Assembly: GCF_006345805.1 (NCBI RefSeq)
Contig: NC_042999.1
Coordinates: 89,404,001-89,468,000, forward strand
DNA length: 64,000 nucleotides
Direction: 5' to 3'
Origin: Octopus sinensis
Lineage: Eukaryota
Position numbers and translations under genes: made by a program. Positions 12,530 through 24,362 of this stretch are shown one piece after another. How positions within the stretch are numbered: position 1 is the first letter of the stretch; the number at the start of each line of letters is the position of its first letter. Below the pieces are notes generated by a model, which was given only the letters and a program-made list of their open reading frames with translations, was not told the origin of the DNA and ran no database searches.

Positions 12530-12975
12530 TTCTGATTGGTCAACAAGTTGATGACGTCTAGCTCTGCTAGAATGGACAGGATACAAACAGGGGACAGTCA
12601 TTAGTCAGAATATTGATGACGTCCTTTTCTGCTTGAATAGTCACCTAACAAGTACAGACAGGGGGCAGATCTAATGTAGCTATAAGTCGTAATTGGGCAG
12701 AATCTGGATGACATCCCGCTATGCTTGACTAACGAAGCGACTGGTCAAGACAGGAAACAAACAAGAGGGAGTTATAATGCAGCGATTGTCAAAATAATGA
12801 TGACGTCCCGTTCCACTTGATTAAAGCCACCTAACGAAACGATTGGTCAAAACATTGATGACGTCACGCTACGCTAGATTGACCACCTAACAGGCATTAT
12901 AAAACCAAGCATTTCACAAAAATCACTAGAACCACCCAGCGAACTTCCACCATGGGTCATCACAATTGCTTAGGT
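12530..12975 (+). promoter_or_regulatory. Putative PLE pseudo-LTR promoter: iterated CCAAT+CRE modules, TATA, Kozak ATG and splice donor
   Basis: TGATGACGTC at 12549, 12614, 12798 and 12856, with a variant at ~12706. Each is preceded at similar spacing by an ATTGG-like box. TATAAAA is at 12898-12904, CCACCATGG has its ATG at 12952, and TAG|GTAAAA follows at 12973/12974. Confidence 0.5.
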
Positions 12976-13242
12976 AAAAAAAATGAATTCCTCGCTCTTT
13001 CGGAAACATCAATCTTCTGTATTGACCGCTTTCCACCACTTTGATCTGTTTTTTGTATTGAATACGTATCGCCACCGTGGGCCACTGCATCGAACACTTT
13101 GAACATATACTTCAAACTATATATCAACTATACATGAACTATATATCAACTATACATGAACTCTAAGATGTCTGACTCCGTTGTGTATTATAAATGAATT
13201 TCTTGTGTTTGACGGCATGAGCTGTCTCTTTTTATATATAAC

Positions 13243-13285
13243 TTTTTTTGATAAGGTTCATTTCAGGAACTGAAACATGTTATAA
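13243..13285 (+). ncRNA. Minimal type I hammerhead-ribozyme-like motif (U3-A8 variant)
   Basis: TTGATAA (13248-13254), stem II GGTTC/GAACT around a 7-nt loop, GAAAC (13272-13276) and palindromic AACATGTT giving a GUU triplet. Stem I is imperfect. Confidence 0.5.
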
Positions 13286-13359
13286 TGTATATATAAAAAT
13301 TAAAAATTGTATAATACAGCAGCATTTTTTAACTTCATTTTTTACAAATATATATATAT

Positions 13360-14256
13360 ATATAGGGATAAATATTTTATATATAAAGAACGTGAAATAC
13401 AGGAAGGGACAAACACGGAACACAGACAAATCATTCGAAGCCTTCAATCTTCAGTCAGACACCGAATCATCATAGCAAATTTCGGCTGTTCAATTCTGAT
13501 ATTTGCTCCAACTCGGCCAGCCCCAAGAAAAAAAACTAAGCTGTAAGCATTAGATTTCTTGGTAGAAGACAGGAATGTGAACGCACGAGACGGATGTAAA
13601 TACGAGAGACGAAAACGAAATTGAAAACGGTAACGGTTAAACAAAATATAATATAACGGTGGTTGTCATACGACTTTAGACCAAATGAGACAAAAACAAC
13701 AACAACATAGCAGCTGGCGTAGAAATAATTACCTTTTCGGTAGAGGGGACAAATACAGATGTTGGCGAGATACGATCGCCAACGAAATGGTGGAGAAGCA
13801 GCAGGTTGCAGGGGTGAGAGAGAAAGAGAGACAGAGAGAGAGGGAATCAAAGAGGGTGGAAGGCAGGGGACAGAATCAGTCAGAGACCAAGAGAAAAAGA
13901 GAGAGAAGGGATTGAGGAGGATGGGAGGAAGAGGGGGGAAGAAAAAAGGGCGCCAAAATAGTTTGGTCAAGAAGCAATGGTGGACAGGAAAGAAAGATGT
14001 CGTGCAGAGTTTAAAATTGTGATAAACAAACGGGGGGGGGGGGGTGCACGTAACGCCGCAATAATATAGGGATAAATATTTTATATATAAAGAACGTGAA
14101 ATACAGGAAGGGACAAACACGGAACACAGACAAATCATTCGAAGCCTTCAATCTTCAGTCAGACACCGAATCATCATAGCAAATTTCGGCTGTTCAATTC
14201 TGATATTTGCTCCAATTCGGCCAGCCCCAAGAAAAAAAACTAAGCTGTAAGCATTA
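13360..14256 (-). mobile_element. Non-coding element bounded by 193-bp direct repeats (pLTR/retrozyme-like architecture)
   Basis: 13360-13552 and 14064-14256 differ at only one position that I could see (CCAACTC versus CCAATTC). The interior has no recognisable protein and there is no TG..CA terminus or TSD. The strand is inferred from a CTGAAGA motif on the minus strand. Confidence 0.65.
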
Positions 14257-14805
14257 TACATACATATGTGTGTGTGTGTGCGAGTGCGTGTGTATATGTA
14301 TGATGGAAATTATGTAATGATCAAAAACAAAAGATAACCCGGGACACATGTTTTAACGAATATTGTAATAGTTTCACACTTAAATGAAAGAATACAATGA
14401 GTCATAACGTTCTTTATGTCAGTCCTACATCAGAAGAAACACATATGAGTAAGAGAAAAACAGTTGCGAAGGAAAGACAAAAGAAAAATTAGCAAGGGGT
14501 TGGAAACGTGGGTTGGGTACAGATCTATTTCGGAGTGAAGGAGGGAGAAAAGCCGGGGTTGTGCATGTATAGGAGTGTATCTTTCTTTCGAAATGGGCGT
14601 AAGAGAGTGAAGTGGCCTGTGTGTGATTTTTTTTTAGGATGAGCACATTTGTGTAGAGGTGTGAAAGTGAGAGACTATAGTGGTGTGGATTTGTAGTGGT
14701 GTAAGTTACTGTTTTGTGTGTGTGTGTGTGTGTTTAATCGTGTTTTTCTAAACGCTTTTCTTTTCTTGAAGTATGTGTGCATCCTTTTGGTGGACACTGT
14801 ATAAA

Positions 14806-14859
<54 letters not shown>

Positions 14860-14875
14860 TGTATGTATATGTATT

Positions 14876-14933
<58 letters not shown>

Positions 14934-15379
14934 CATTGGGGGTAGGGAAATAGTCTTGGTCTATCAGGGTTGTGAGAAAAAATATATGTAAATTAGTGGA
15001 ATGAAGTGGACGGCCCATATATGTAGAGAGTTTCTTTTCTTTTCTTTTTATCTAACACGTAAGTATATGATACATGTATATTACAAAACCACATTAAAAT
15101 TCAAATCGAAAACCGAAGAAAACGCAAACATGAGCGAAGAAAGAAAGAAAGAAAAGAAAGAAAGAAAGAAAGAAATAAAGAAAGAAAGAAGGAAAGAAAG
15201 ATCAATTGAACACCTCAATTCGTCGCATATTACAAGGTTCAACGGAACCTACAGAAACAAGCCAACATGCTAGCGGAATTACCACGGGAGACGGTGTAGC
15301 AAAGGTGTTAAAACAGCCAAGCACCCTCACCCCATCACCAAGCTCGTCAGCAAGGCGTGCCGCTAACGATAGTTAGAAC

Positions 15380-15630
15380 ATTGCTGTCAGTGGCCCAGCC
15401 CCTCCAAACGTCTCAAACGTCAAAGACTAGAAGTGGTTCACTGACAAACCTCGATATATAACGATTTTGTTCCGATCGGCTACGAAATCAGAGACCTTCC
15501 TATTTTTCGCAGCATCCAAGATGTAGGAGGGAGCAAAAGAGTCACAGACTGTGCCATCCCAGATGAGGCACCTATTTCATACCTAGGGTTAAAGGGTAAT
15601 ACCATTTGGTCACTTCCCATCACTTCTAGA
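15380..15630 (+). mobile_element. Possible CRE-clade non-LTR retrotransposon C-terminal (RLE) remnant
   Basis: Frame FVPIGYEIRDLPIFRSIQDVGGSKRVTD..ISYLGLKGN resembles the CRE-type FVPxxxETxG...ISxxxQxGN tail. Heavily decayed; judged by eye only. Confidence 0.35.
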
Positions 15631-16324
15631 TAATACTACCGGGAAAATGATGTATTCCTTCCAAAGGTGTATTCATTGCCAAAATCCGTTCTGGAAAACC
15701 CCAGCGCAAACCGAAATTAAAATGTGTCTGAATATATACATGCAAATTTATAAGTATGTACAGGAAAGTTCGTGAAACTGTGAACTGCACGTGTGAACTG
15801 CTTTGTTAAGCTATACACAAACAAACTAGTGGCAGGACTTAAGTCGCTAATTATTTCTGTTTAGCTAATTCAGATTCATATGTATTTTGTTTCCCTTCTC
15901 TCTACAGAAGTCCAATTCGCTGCAGACCAACTCCCTAACTAACCCGCAGCGAATTTCCAGTCTACAGTTCGTCTGTCATGAATCCTGCCCTACACGTGCA
16001 TATATTTTTGCTTGCATGCTTATATTTGACTGTTCATAGATATATATCATATTATATTATCTTATATTATATTATATCATGTTACATGTATAATGGCACC
16101 CACGTGTTAGATTTTCCCTCTACTCTTTTCAAGCTTACCTGGAGAAGGTAACGAGAATCTCCCTGTTTCCCTTTGAATACACCACCCATAATTTGCAATG
16201 ACTCAGTTTTATAAACTATACGGAGACTTACAACAGCAGTTAATATCTTACTTCGTAGGTGGTTCAGTTTTCTCAACCACCTGTGCCCTACTTGATACAC
16301 TAATATGCTTTCTCTGTGTACGTG

Positions 16325-16365
<41 letters not shown>

Positions 16366-16519
16366 TATATATATATATATATATGTATATATATGTATGC
16401 ATACATATATATATATGCGTGTGTGTGTGTGTGCGTGCGCGCGTGTATGTATATACACACACACACACGTACAGAATATGTGCCAACCTTAAAAGAATGA
16501 AAAAATAAGTACAGGAGTC

Positions 16520-16890
16520 TATTCGTTTGACTTGACTTCTTCAAGTGAAGAGTAATATGTATATACTCCTTTCAGTACTCTTTTCCTTAACCGCTAAGTC
16601 TCAGGGTGTAAGAACCGCTAAGTCTCAGGGTGTAAGCACAGCAGCATCGGTTGTCAAGCGACGGTGGGAGACAAACAGGAAACAAAGAAACATACACACA
16701 CATCACACACGTAAGTGTGTACAATGGGCTTCTTTCAGTTTCTGTCTACTAAATTTAGTCACAACGTTTTGGTTGGCACGAAGCTATAGTAAAAAAAATT
16801 CTTGCCTAAAGTGCCTCGCAGTGGGCTTGAACTCAGAACCATACGGCTGGGAAGCAAGCTTCTTACCTAACAACTACGCTTGCGCCTGGA
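16520..16890 (-). mobile_element. SINE family A, diverged, with an internal 24-bp tandem duplication
   Basis: Family A motifs are present. AACCGCTAAGTCTCAGGGTGTAAG occurs twice in tandem near 16589-16636. Confidence 0.7.
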
Positions 16891-16908
16891 TATCTGTCTT
16901 TCATTTGC

Positions 16909-16951
<43 letters not shown>

Positions 16952-17221
16952 ATACACACAAATACATACATACATGTATTTATATACATATATATATATA
17001 CGTATATACATACACACACACGCATACATATACACACACATACATACATACACACACACATACACACACACATACACACACACACACATATATATATATA
17101 TATCTATATATATATATATATATACACATATATATATATGTATATACATATATATATATATATTATATATATATATACACACATATATATATATATGTAT
17201 ATACATATATATATTGTATAT

Positions 17222-17253
<32 letters not shown>

Positions 17254-18846
17254 TACACACATACATATGTGCGCGCGCGTGTGTGTATATGCGTGTGTTC
17301 ATAAATAGTTAAGCTAATATATGTGCATATATGCGTGTATGCGTGTAAAAGCGAATTTAGATAAGTAGGGGTGAATGGATGAATGACTGAATATCTCATT
17401 CCTTCAGAAAGTAATACTTGTAAAATAAGTTCTTATAAAAACATACATTTCCCCCATCTGTTAATATAGCTCCGATCTAGAATTTGAAAAGTTCCTAGCT
17501 TGGAGTCCTGTAGACGTATCCCATCACTTTGCATTCAATTCTTTTGAAAGACAGGTATCTGTCCCATTATAAGAATTTTCCTGGAATTATTTCTAGGAGT
17601 CACTAAACAAATACTTATTTTAAACGACGCTTTCAATTTATTAGTTTTCTAAAGTCCTTTAATAATTGCTTAAAATATAATCATTTTAATAATAAAACCG
17701 GCGGCAATATCATCATCATCATTATCATCACCACCACCACCACCATTATCATCATCACCACCAACAAACAACAGCCACAGCAGCAGCAGCAGCAGCAGCA
17801 ATAGCTATAGAAGCAGCTAATCAGTAACTACCTTGCTTGTTAAGTTTTCCTAACCACCTGTACCATACTTGAGGCACTGATACGTACACCTCCCACTGTA
17901 GCCACGATCAGGCCAGTATAAAAATCACATTTTCACCATTACTACTTCTACTTTTAGATAAACATCACTGGCCGACAACAGCAGGAATAGCACTGCTCCT
18001 CTTTCCGAGTCAAACTTCCACCAGAAGAATGGGGACAATGTTTTCCATATCACTTTGAAACTGTCAACTTTGGATTAATCTTTTTTCCCGTTCTATCGAC
18101 ACTTTACTTGCGTGGCCGTCGCCTAATTCTTTACAGTTTCCTGTGCCAATTTTCAGTGATTTATCTATCACTTCCAGCACCACCTCTAATTACGTTAAAT
18201 CTTTCATCACACGCTGTTTATCTCCAATTTCATTTTCCAACATTCTATTTCGTTTTTACTTATAGCTTTTCTAAACTTCTCTCTCGCCCTCACTTCCTCA
18301 ACCTCTCTCTCTCTTTCCCTTTCTCTCTCTCCCCCTCCGCTCTCTCTTCCATGTAATCCTTCTGTCGGTAGAAAACGAAAAAGTAATTAAAGGATGATTT
18401 TTTTTTAAACTTTCAAAATACTTTCTATATTAAATAATAAAGTAGTCGAAAATAATATTAGGCAGTTTAAACTTCTACTTTCCAAATAGTGCAAATAAAA
18501 TTTGTTAAAAACGCTGAATCAAGCTCCCACTTAGAGGAGTGAGACAAAAGAAAAAAAAGAAAAGAAAAAGGAAAAACATACAAAGACTATTAACGTTTTG
18601 TATAAGGAATCGAAACAAAAACCTCAGGTGTCCTTTAGGAGAACAGCTGACTCTGGAGAAATGATCTGCAGGTAGGTACAATAGTTATGTTTATAAACAT
18701 TTATGCTGTGTAACGTCTCAGCATGTTTTTTTCGTGTCATTTATGCAAATTCTTCAACTGTCTCTAAACACCGCAAATTTAGTGCAACTATCTATCAATC
18801 AATACACATACACATATGCATATATATTTATATATATGTATGTATA

Positions 18847-18882
<36 letters not shown>

Positions 18883-18905
18883 TATATGTGTATGTATGTA
18901 TATAT

Positions 18906-18949
<44 letters not shown>

Positions 18950-20309
18950 ATGAAAGATCACTCAATTCTTTTTTGTAGAAGTAACGTGTGTGAGTGTGTG
19001 TATGTGGAGTGGTGTGTGTGTGTGTGTGTCTGTGTCTGTGTCTGTGTATGTGTATGTGCCTGCTTGTGTACTCTACTGAAACGTGTGTGTGTGTATGCGT
19101 GTTTAATGTATTTTATTATGTTATTATAAAGGTAATAATTTAAAGTCGATAATTTTTTTTAAAATAATAATTTTTAAATGTGTTAACGAATCGCTTAACC
19201 AGTTCAGTATTGTGCCAAGAATTAGTGTACTGAAAAACAACAGCAGAAGCTCCCGCCTCTTACTTTTAAATAAAGTTTATTTATCATCAGTTTGACGGCT
19301 GTCTATTGACCACTACAAAAATCACATAAAACTTGCAGGTAAAGCTAACGAAAAATATAATACATATTAGAAGAAATATATAACAATAATAGTTATGTTG
19401 TTATCATAACCGTCGAAGATATGAGTTTACTCTTCAATCAGCTGACAGGCAAAATTCGAAAGTAAGCACACGCAACAGATGAAAACGTTTTGTCTGTGTT
19501 TCCATGCCAACAACAACAGTTAAACAGCACTCACAGGCGAAATATAATCAGAGGCATCTGAGATGTAGCGAGCAAACAAACGAACACAAATAATGTGGCT
19601 GCTGCCAGCTGATGGAAAATACCTTTCTTTCTTACACTTCCACCTTAAGCAAACTGCTTAACGATTTCTCGAAATGTCTGTGTGTGCGAATAATTCTCCT
19701 CGAATGACAGAAGTAATTTAACAGATAATGGTAGTTAGAGAAGGCCTTATTAATTGCTTAATTAATCAAGTCAATGGATTACCGGCTTATGAAGTGCAGT
19801 TCATAAATTTCTTTTCAAAGATCCAGTTTTTTTTTTGGGGGGGGGGTTTCAGATTTATTAGAGAAGAATAACTTTAAGTGACGTATCTTTATCTTTTACA
19901 AATTTCAATCATTGGACTGCAGTCATGCTGGGCCACTGCCTTGAAGGGTTTTAGTTGAACAAACAATCCACAATGGTTTTGCTCGCAACTTATTCTATCG
20001 GATTTCTTTTGTCGAACTGCTTGGTTACGAGGACGTAAACAAATCAACACTGGTTATCAAGTGATGAGAGGTGTGGGGCGGGGGACAGAAACGGACTCAA
20101 AGACACACCCACACATAGACGAAGCTCCTCTGTCCACACAGATAGAACTCAGAGAAACATGCGACTGACTCAACCAAAACAAAATATTAATTTCTTCCAT
20201 GGTACTTTTTTTTAATACTAAAGTTAACACTAAACGGATATATATATATATGTACACACGCACACATACTTATGTATGTATGCATGTATGTATGAGACGG
20301 GCTTCCGCA

Positions 20310-20715
20310 TACTTTACTCTTTTACTTGTTTCAGTCATTTGACTGCGGCCATACTGGAGCACCACCCTTTAGTCGAGCATATCGACCCCGGGACTTATTC
20401 TTTGTGAGCTTAGTACTTATTCTATCGGTCTCTTTTGCCGAACCGCTAAGTTATGGGGACGTAAACACAACAGCATCGGTTGTCAAGAGATGTTGGGGAG
20501 GGGGGACAAACACAGACACACAAACACACACACACACACACATATATATACATATATACGATGGGCTTCTTTCAATTTCCGTCTACCAAATCCACACACA
20601 AGGCTTTGGTCGGCCCAAGGCTATAGTAGAAGACACTTGCCCAAGGTGCCACGCTGTGGGACTGAACCCGGAACCATGTAGTTGGTAAGCAAACTACTTA
20701 CCACACAGCCACTCC
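20310..20715 (-). mobile_element. SINE family A, near full length
   Basis: Complete reverse-complement layout. Partial copies lie nearby at ~19890-20065, 20850-20960 and 21300-21500. Confidence 0.9.
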
Positions 20716-20963
20716 TACACCTGTTTAATGACTTTGTTGATGATGAGTATAAATGAGGGTGTGTGACGTTCGTGACACAGTCCGTAGCAAGAGAACTGTG
20801 TAAATGAAATGAAAATTGCTGCAGATGTAAAACGAAAGAAGCTCGCTGAGTTGGTTAAACTTTCTTTTATCTTAATCTTACTTATTTCAGTCATTGGTCT
20901 ACGGCAATGCAGGGACACCGTTTTGAATGCTTTAGTTGGGCAAATAGAGCCCAGTACTTATTA

Positions 20964-21034
<71 letters not shown>

Positions 21035-21035
<1 letters not shown>

Positions 21036-21295
21036 AATGAGACGCCATGATAGATCGTTAGCCACTACACACATTTTTTTCTCTCTTTTTTCTCTCCTTT
21101 TTTCTCTCCTTTTTTGTCTCCTTGTTTCTCTCTTTGTTTTCTGTGTTCCTTTCTGTAGAAGAGCGTAGCTCGAAACGTAAAATACTTTTTCTATTCCGGA
21201 GTGTTATACTAACACATCTGTTTGTTTTGTACACCACCTGTCTTCGTCTTTTGTTTTGTTTTTTTTTTCGTAAACTCTCCCTATATATATAAGCC
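21035..21295 (+). repeat. Short interspersed repeat carrying a degenerate hammerhead-like motif (solo-pLTR-like)
   Basis: CGCCATG.., pyrimidine tract, CT(G/A)TAGAAGAGCGTAG(G)..CGAAACGTAAAA and CACCTGTCTTCGTCTTTTGTTTT are shared with a second copy at ~51570-51785. Confidence 0.55.
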
Positions 21296-21439
21296 TGATA
21301 CTTTCGCTTTCTGCCGAACCGCTATTTTATGGAACGTAAACAAACCAACACCGGCCGCCAAACGGCAATGGTGGACAAACATATACGTAAAAAGGCACAC
21401 ATTGATATATATACATACACACGCGCATACATGCACATG

Positions 21440-21470
<31 letters not shown>

Positions 21471-21729
21471 TGTGTGTGAGCTTCCGTCTACTAAATCCAT
21501 AAATTAAGTGTTTTTGCTCATGAACACAACGAGTCGCCCGCTCTTGGAAGCGAAACCACGATCATTCAACGTGAACCCAACACTCCTAGCCACTAAGCCA
21601 TGCGCCTTGACTACACACACACACACACACGAACACACACACACACGCATACATACATACATACGTACATACATACATACATACATACATACATACATAC
21701 ATACATACATACATACATACATACATACA

Positions 21730-21765
<36 letters not shown>

Positions 21766-22789
21766 CATAGACACACATTAAATAAATATATATATATATT
21801 TCTCTTTTTTTTTTTTTTTTTTTTCTTGGTGAGTCTGGTATTAATGAGCTTCAGAACCGTTGAGTGATACTTATGCATTTACTTAATGCCATTGATGGGT
21901 ATATTGGCAGGATGATAGCGAAACGGACAAACTGCTTTATAGATTTAATCAATTCTTTCGCGCGTAAGTTCGAGACCCACCAGGTTCGAATTTTGTTTTC
22001 ATTCTTTTTTTAATTTTAATTTTTTATTGAATCAATGAAGAACGTACTAGTCAGACTGACTACTCCTCAAAAAAGTTGAGATAACGCTTGCATATACTTT
22101 AGAATTCAAGGACATCGGAGAGCAGACGATATATTGCTTAAAAAAAAAAAAACAGAACTTAATCTAATTATAACTCTTTTGATTCTGAGTCCTAACTCGA
22201 CTTGAGTTACAATATTTTATTCCTCCAGCGCTAATGAAATAGCCCTCAGTAATATGTTAGTGCAGATTCAACCAGTTATAATTTCTTTCACTTGAACACA
22301 CGCACACACATACACACATACACACACGCACACATACGCACACACACGCACACACATACACACATGCACGTGCGCACACATGCACGTGCGCACACATGCA
22401 CACACGCGCGCACATACACATGCACACACACACACAATTAGCCTTTGACATTTATTCCCATGAAAGCAAATAGAAATTGTGATATCCATTCTATACAACA
22501 TCGATAGCATGTGGAGTCCCTAGGTCGGTAAATCTTTCTTCTTTAACGAGTCAACGAAGAAATCTTTATGTGGTCGCTCAGAAAACTAGAAACAGCAGTT
22601 AAATCTGAAGTTACGTCCTATTCTTATAAACATGTTCATCCAGCATTATAGAGTCATGGGTGCAACATAACTAAAGCAAGACAGAATGTTCGTGTCCGGC
22701 TTCTCTCTGATCAGAAGTGTGCTCATTCAGGCTGATCTGAGGCTAAACAACAACTCGGCAATTTTACGAAATACTATCATACTACTACC

Positions 22790-24190
22790 ATTCATTTCCT
22801 GAATATGTTACTGTTTCCCAATCAGCCGTTTTCAGTCTATTCGTGGTTGAAAGTTCAGTATTATGTTGCTGCCTGTATCTATGTTGATTGTAAAGCCTTT
22901 CTGTCAATGCTGGCAAACTATGGATTGGACGAGTTCCTATGGTTAGGTGATCAACGCTGGTCATATTATGATTGTATGGTGTTAGCTTCATGGTACAAAG
23001 CGCTCAGCCGGAATTTGAGTGGTACTCTGTTCGATTCTCTGTAGAGGTTTGTTGGCCGCTTTTTTATTGGTGTGGCTTTGTGGATAGGCTTACACAATCA
23101 TTGTTTGAACATGAAATATATAGGCTGTATGTGAATGACGTTTGGATACAGAGAGAGAGTTATAATCAGTGGTGTCGTATATGTAGCAGTGATGTTGGGG
23201 GTGACAGCACACAGACTGACAATGAATAGGAAGAAGAGTGTGCGACAAAACTGAACTCTAGGTCAGACCAGAATTGGCAGAGTGTGAGTCAAATACAGTT
23301 TAACAACACCGTGATTGCATGATCTAACAGAAAGCCATTGATCCAAGAGATGAGGGACGAACGGAGCCCATTGGCGAGGTGTTTTGGAAGGAGATTCGCA
23401 TGTTAGAATTGAAAGCTTTGCTAATGCCAGATAAAGCATTGCTTTCGTCAGATTTCTCTAGAGAGGTCTTACTCTCCTGTGTCACTCCTCAGAAGGAACT
23501 TTATAGGGAAGTAAGTCTCCAATAGGCATTGATCCATGAATATCTTACTGGTGATCAATAAGGCCGAGGAGAAATTCAACATATTGAAGAAGACTTTTAT
23601 TAATGGATGGCTCCAACACCTTCGATACAGGATGGCAGTTAGAAGTGTAAGAAGGCTTTACTTTCTTGATAATCTGATTCGATTATATTTTGCTGTAGTT
23701 TCGAGTTGTATGGTCTAGCTTTGAGGCCTATTGTTAAAGGATAATGGAAGGATCCTTATCAAAACGTGGGAGTACTGCTCACAGAACCATACTAGTTTCA
23801 AAGGGAAAGACAGAAGGGTTCTACAAAATTCGAAGAGATCCTATTAGCAAGGGATCAAAAGAATCGTCTGCAACTTAGAAACCTGAGGAGTTTGTAGGTA
23901 GGCAGTGCATTCCACGGAGGTTCCCTTCACGGTTTGGATGAGTGCTTGTAGGAGTTGCGATATTAGATAGAAGCCATCGGAGGTAGCTTTTTTCAAGCAT
24001 CCTGGGCCGTTATTTTTCCCTGAACTACTGTGACGCAACTGAGTTAACAGCTTAGAGGACTTGGGAACTGAGATTTTGTGGGAGATGTGGAAGGACATGA
24101 TTTGACCAAAAATGCTTTTCAAGAGCTTGGTTAGAAACCTTACCGCACTCACCGTTTTCTGATATAGCGCCTTCAGATCATCGACATTTT
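22790..24190 (-). pseudogene. Degraded LINE of the CR1/L2 group (Crack/Daphne-like RT)
   Basis: Broken minus-strand motifs, read across frameshifts: ..SEGVGAIHx (KVLESII), GDLLPY, ESNA..ISKAF, and a GVPQGSVLSxTLFL-like segment. Many stops. Confidence 0.65.
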
Positions 24191-24199
24191 CAGCTGCTC

Positions 24200-24362
24200 T
24201 CCTACAGTCTGCGAGGTGTTTCTTTCAATAATGAGGTGGATCTGAAAACATGGCTCAATAAATTCTTCGAATTAAACCGATGATTTCTACTGACAAGGTA
24301 TTGACAAGCTACTTCAACGTTGGCAAGAGGTCGTGAACAATGAAGAAGAATATATTGAGTGA
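24200..24362 (+). mobile_element. Mariner transposase C-terminal fragment
   Basis: RGVSFNNEVDLKTWLNKFFE / DFY*QGIDKLLQRWQEVVNNEEEYIE* matches the mariner C-terminal WLxxFF..FYxxGIxKLxxRW..EY pattern. Confidence 0.75.

Noticed and set aside
13968-13975. TGGCGCCC on the minus strand as a tRNA-Lys primer-binding site
   Set aside because: It is only 8 nt, does not extend into the tRNA 3' complement and is not adjacent to the direct repeat.
15914-15955. 10-bp perfect inverted repeat AATTCGCTGC/GCAGCGAATT after a strong acceptor-like tract
   Set aside because: The stem is too short for a pre-miRNA and the loop too long for a Helitron 3' hairpin. There is no other support.
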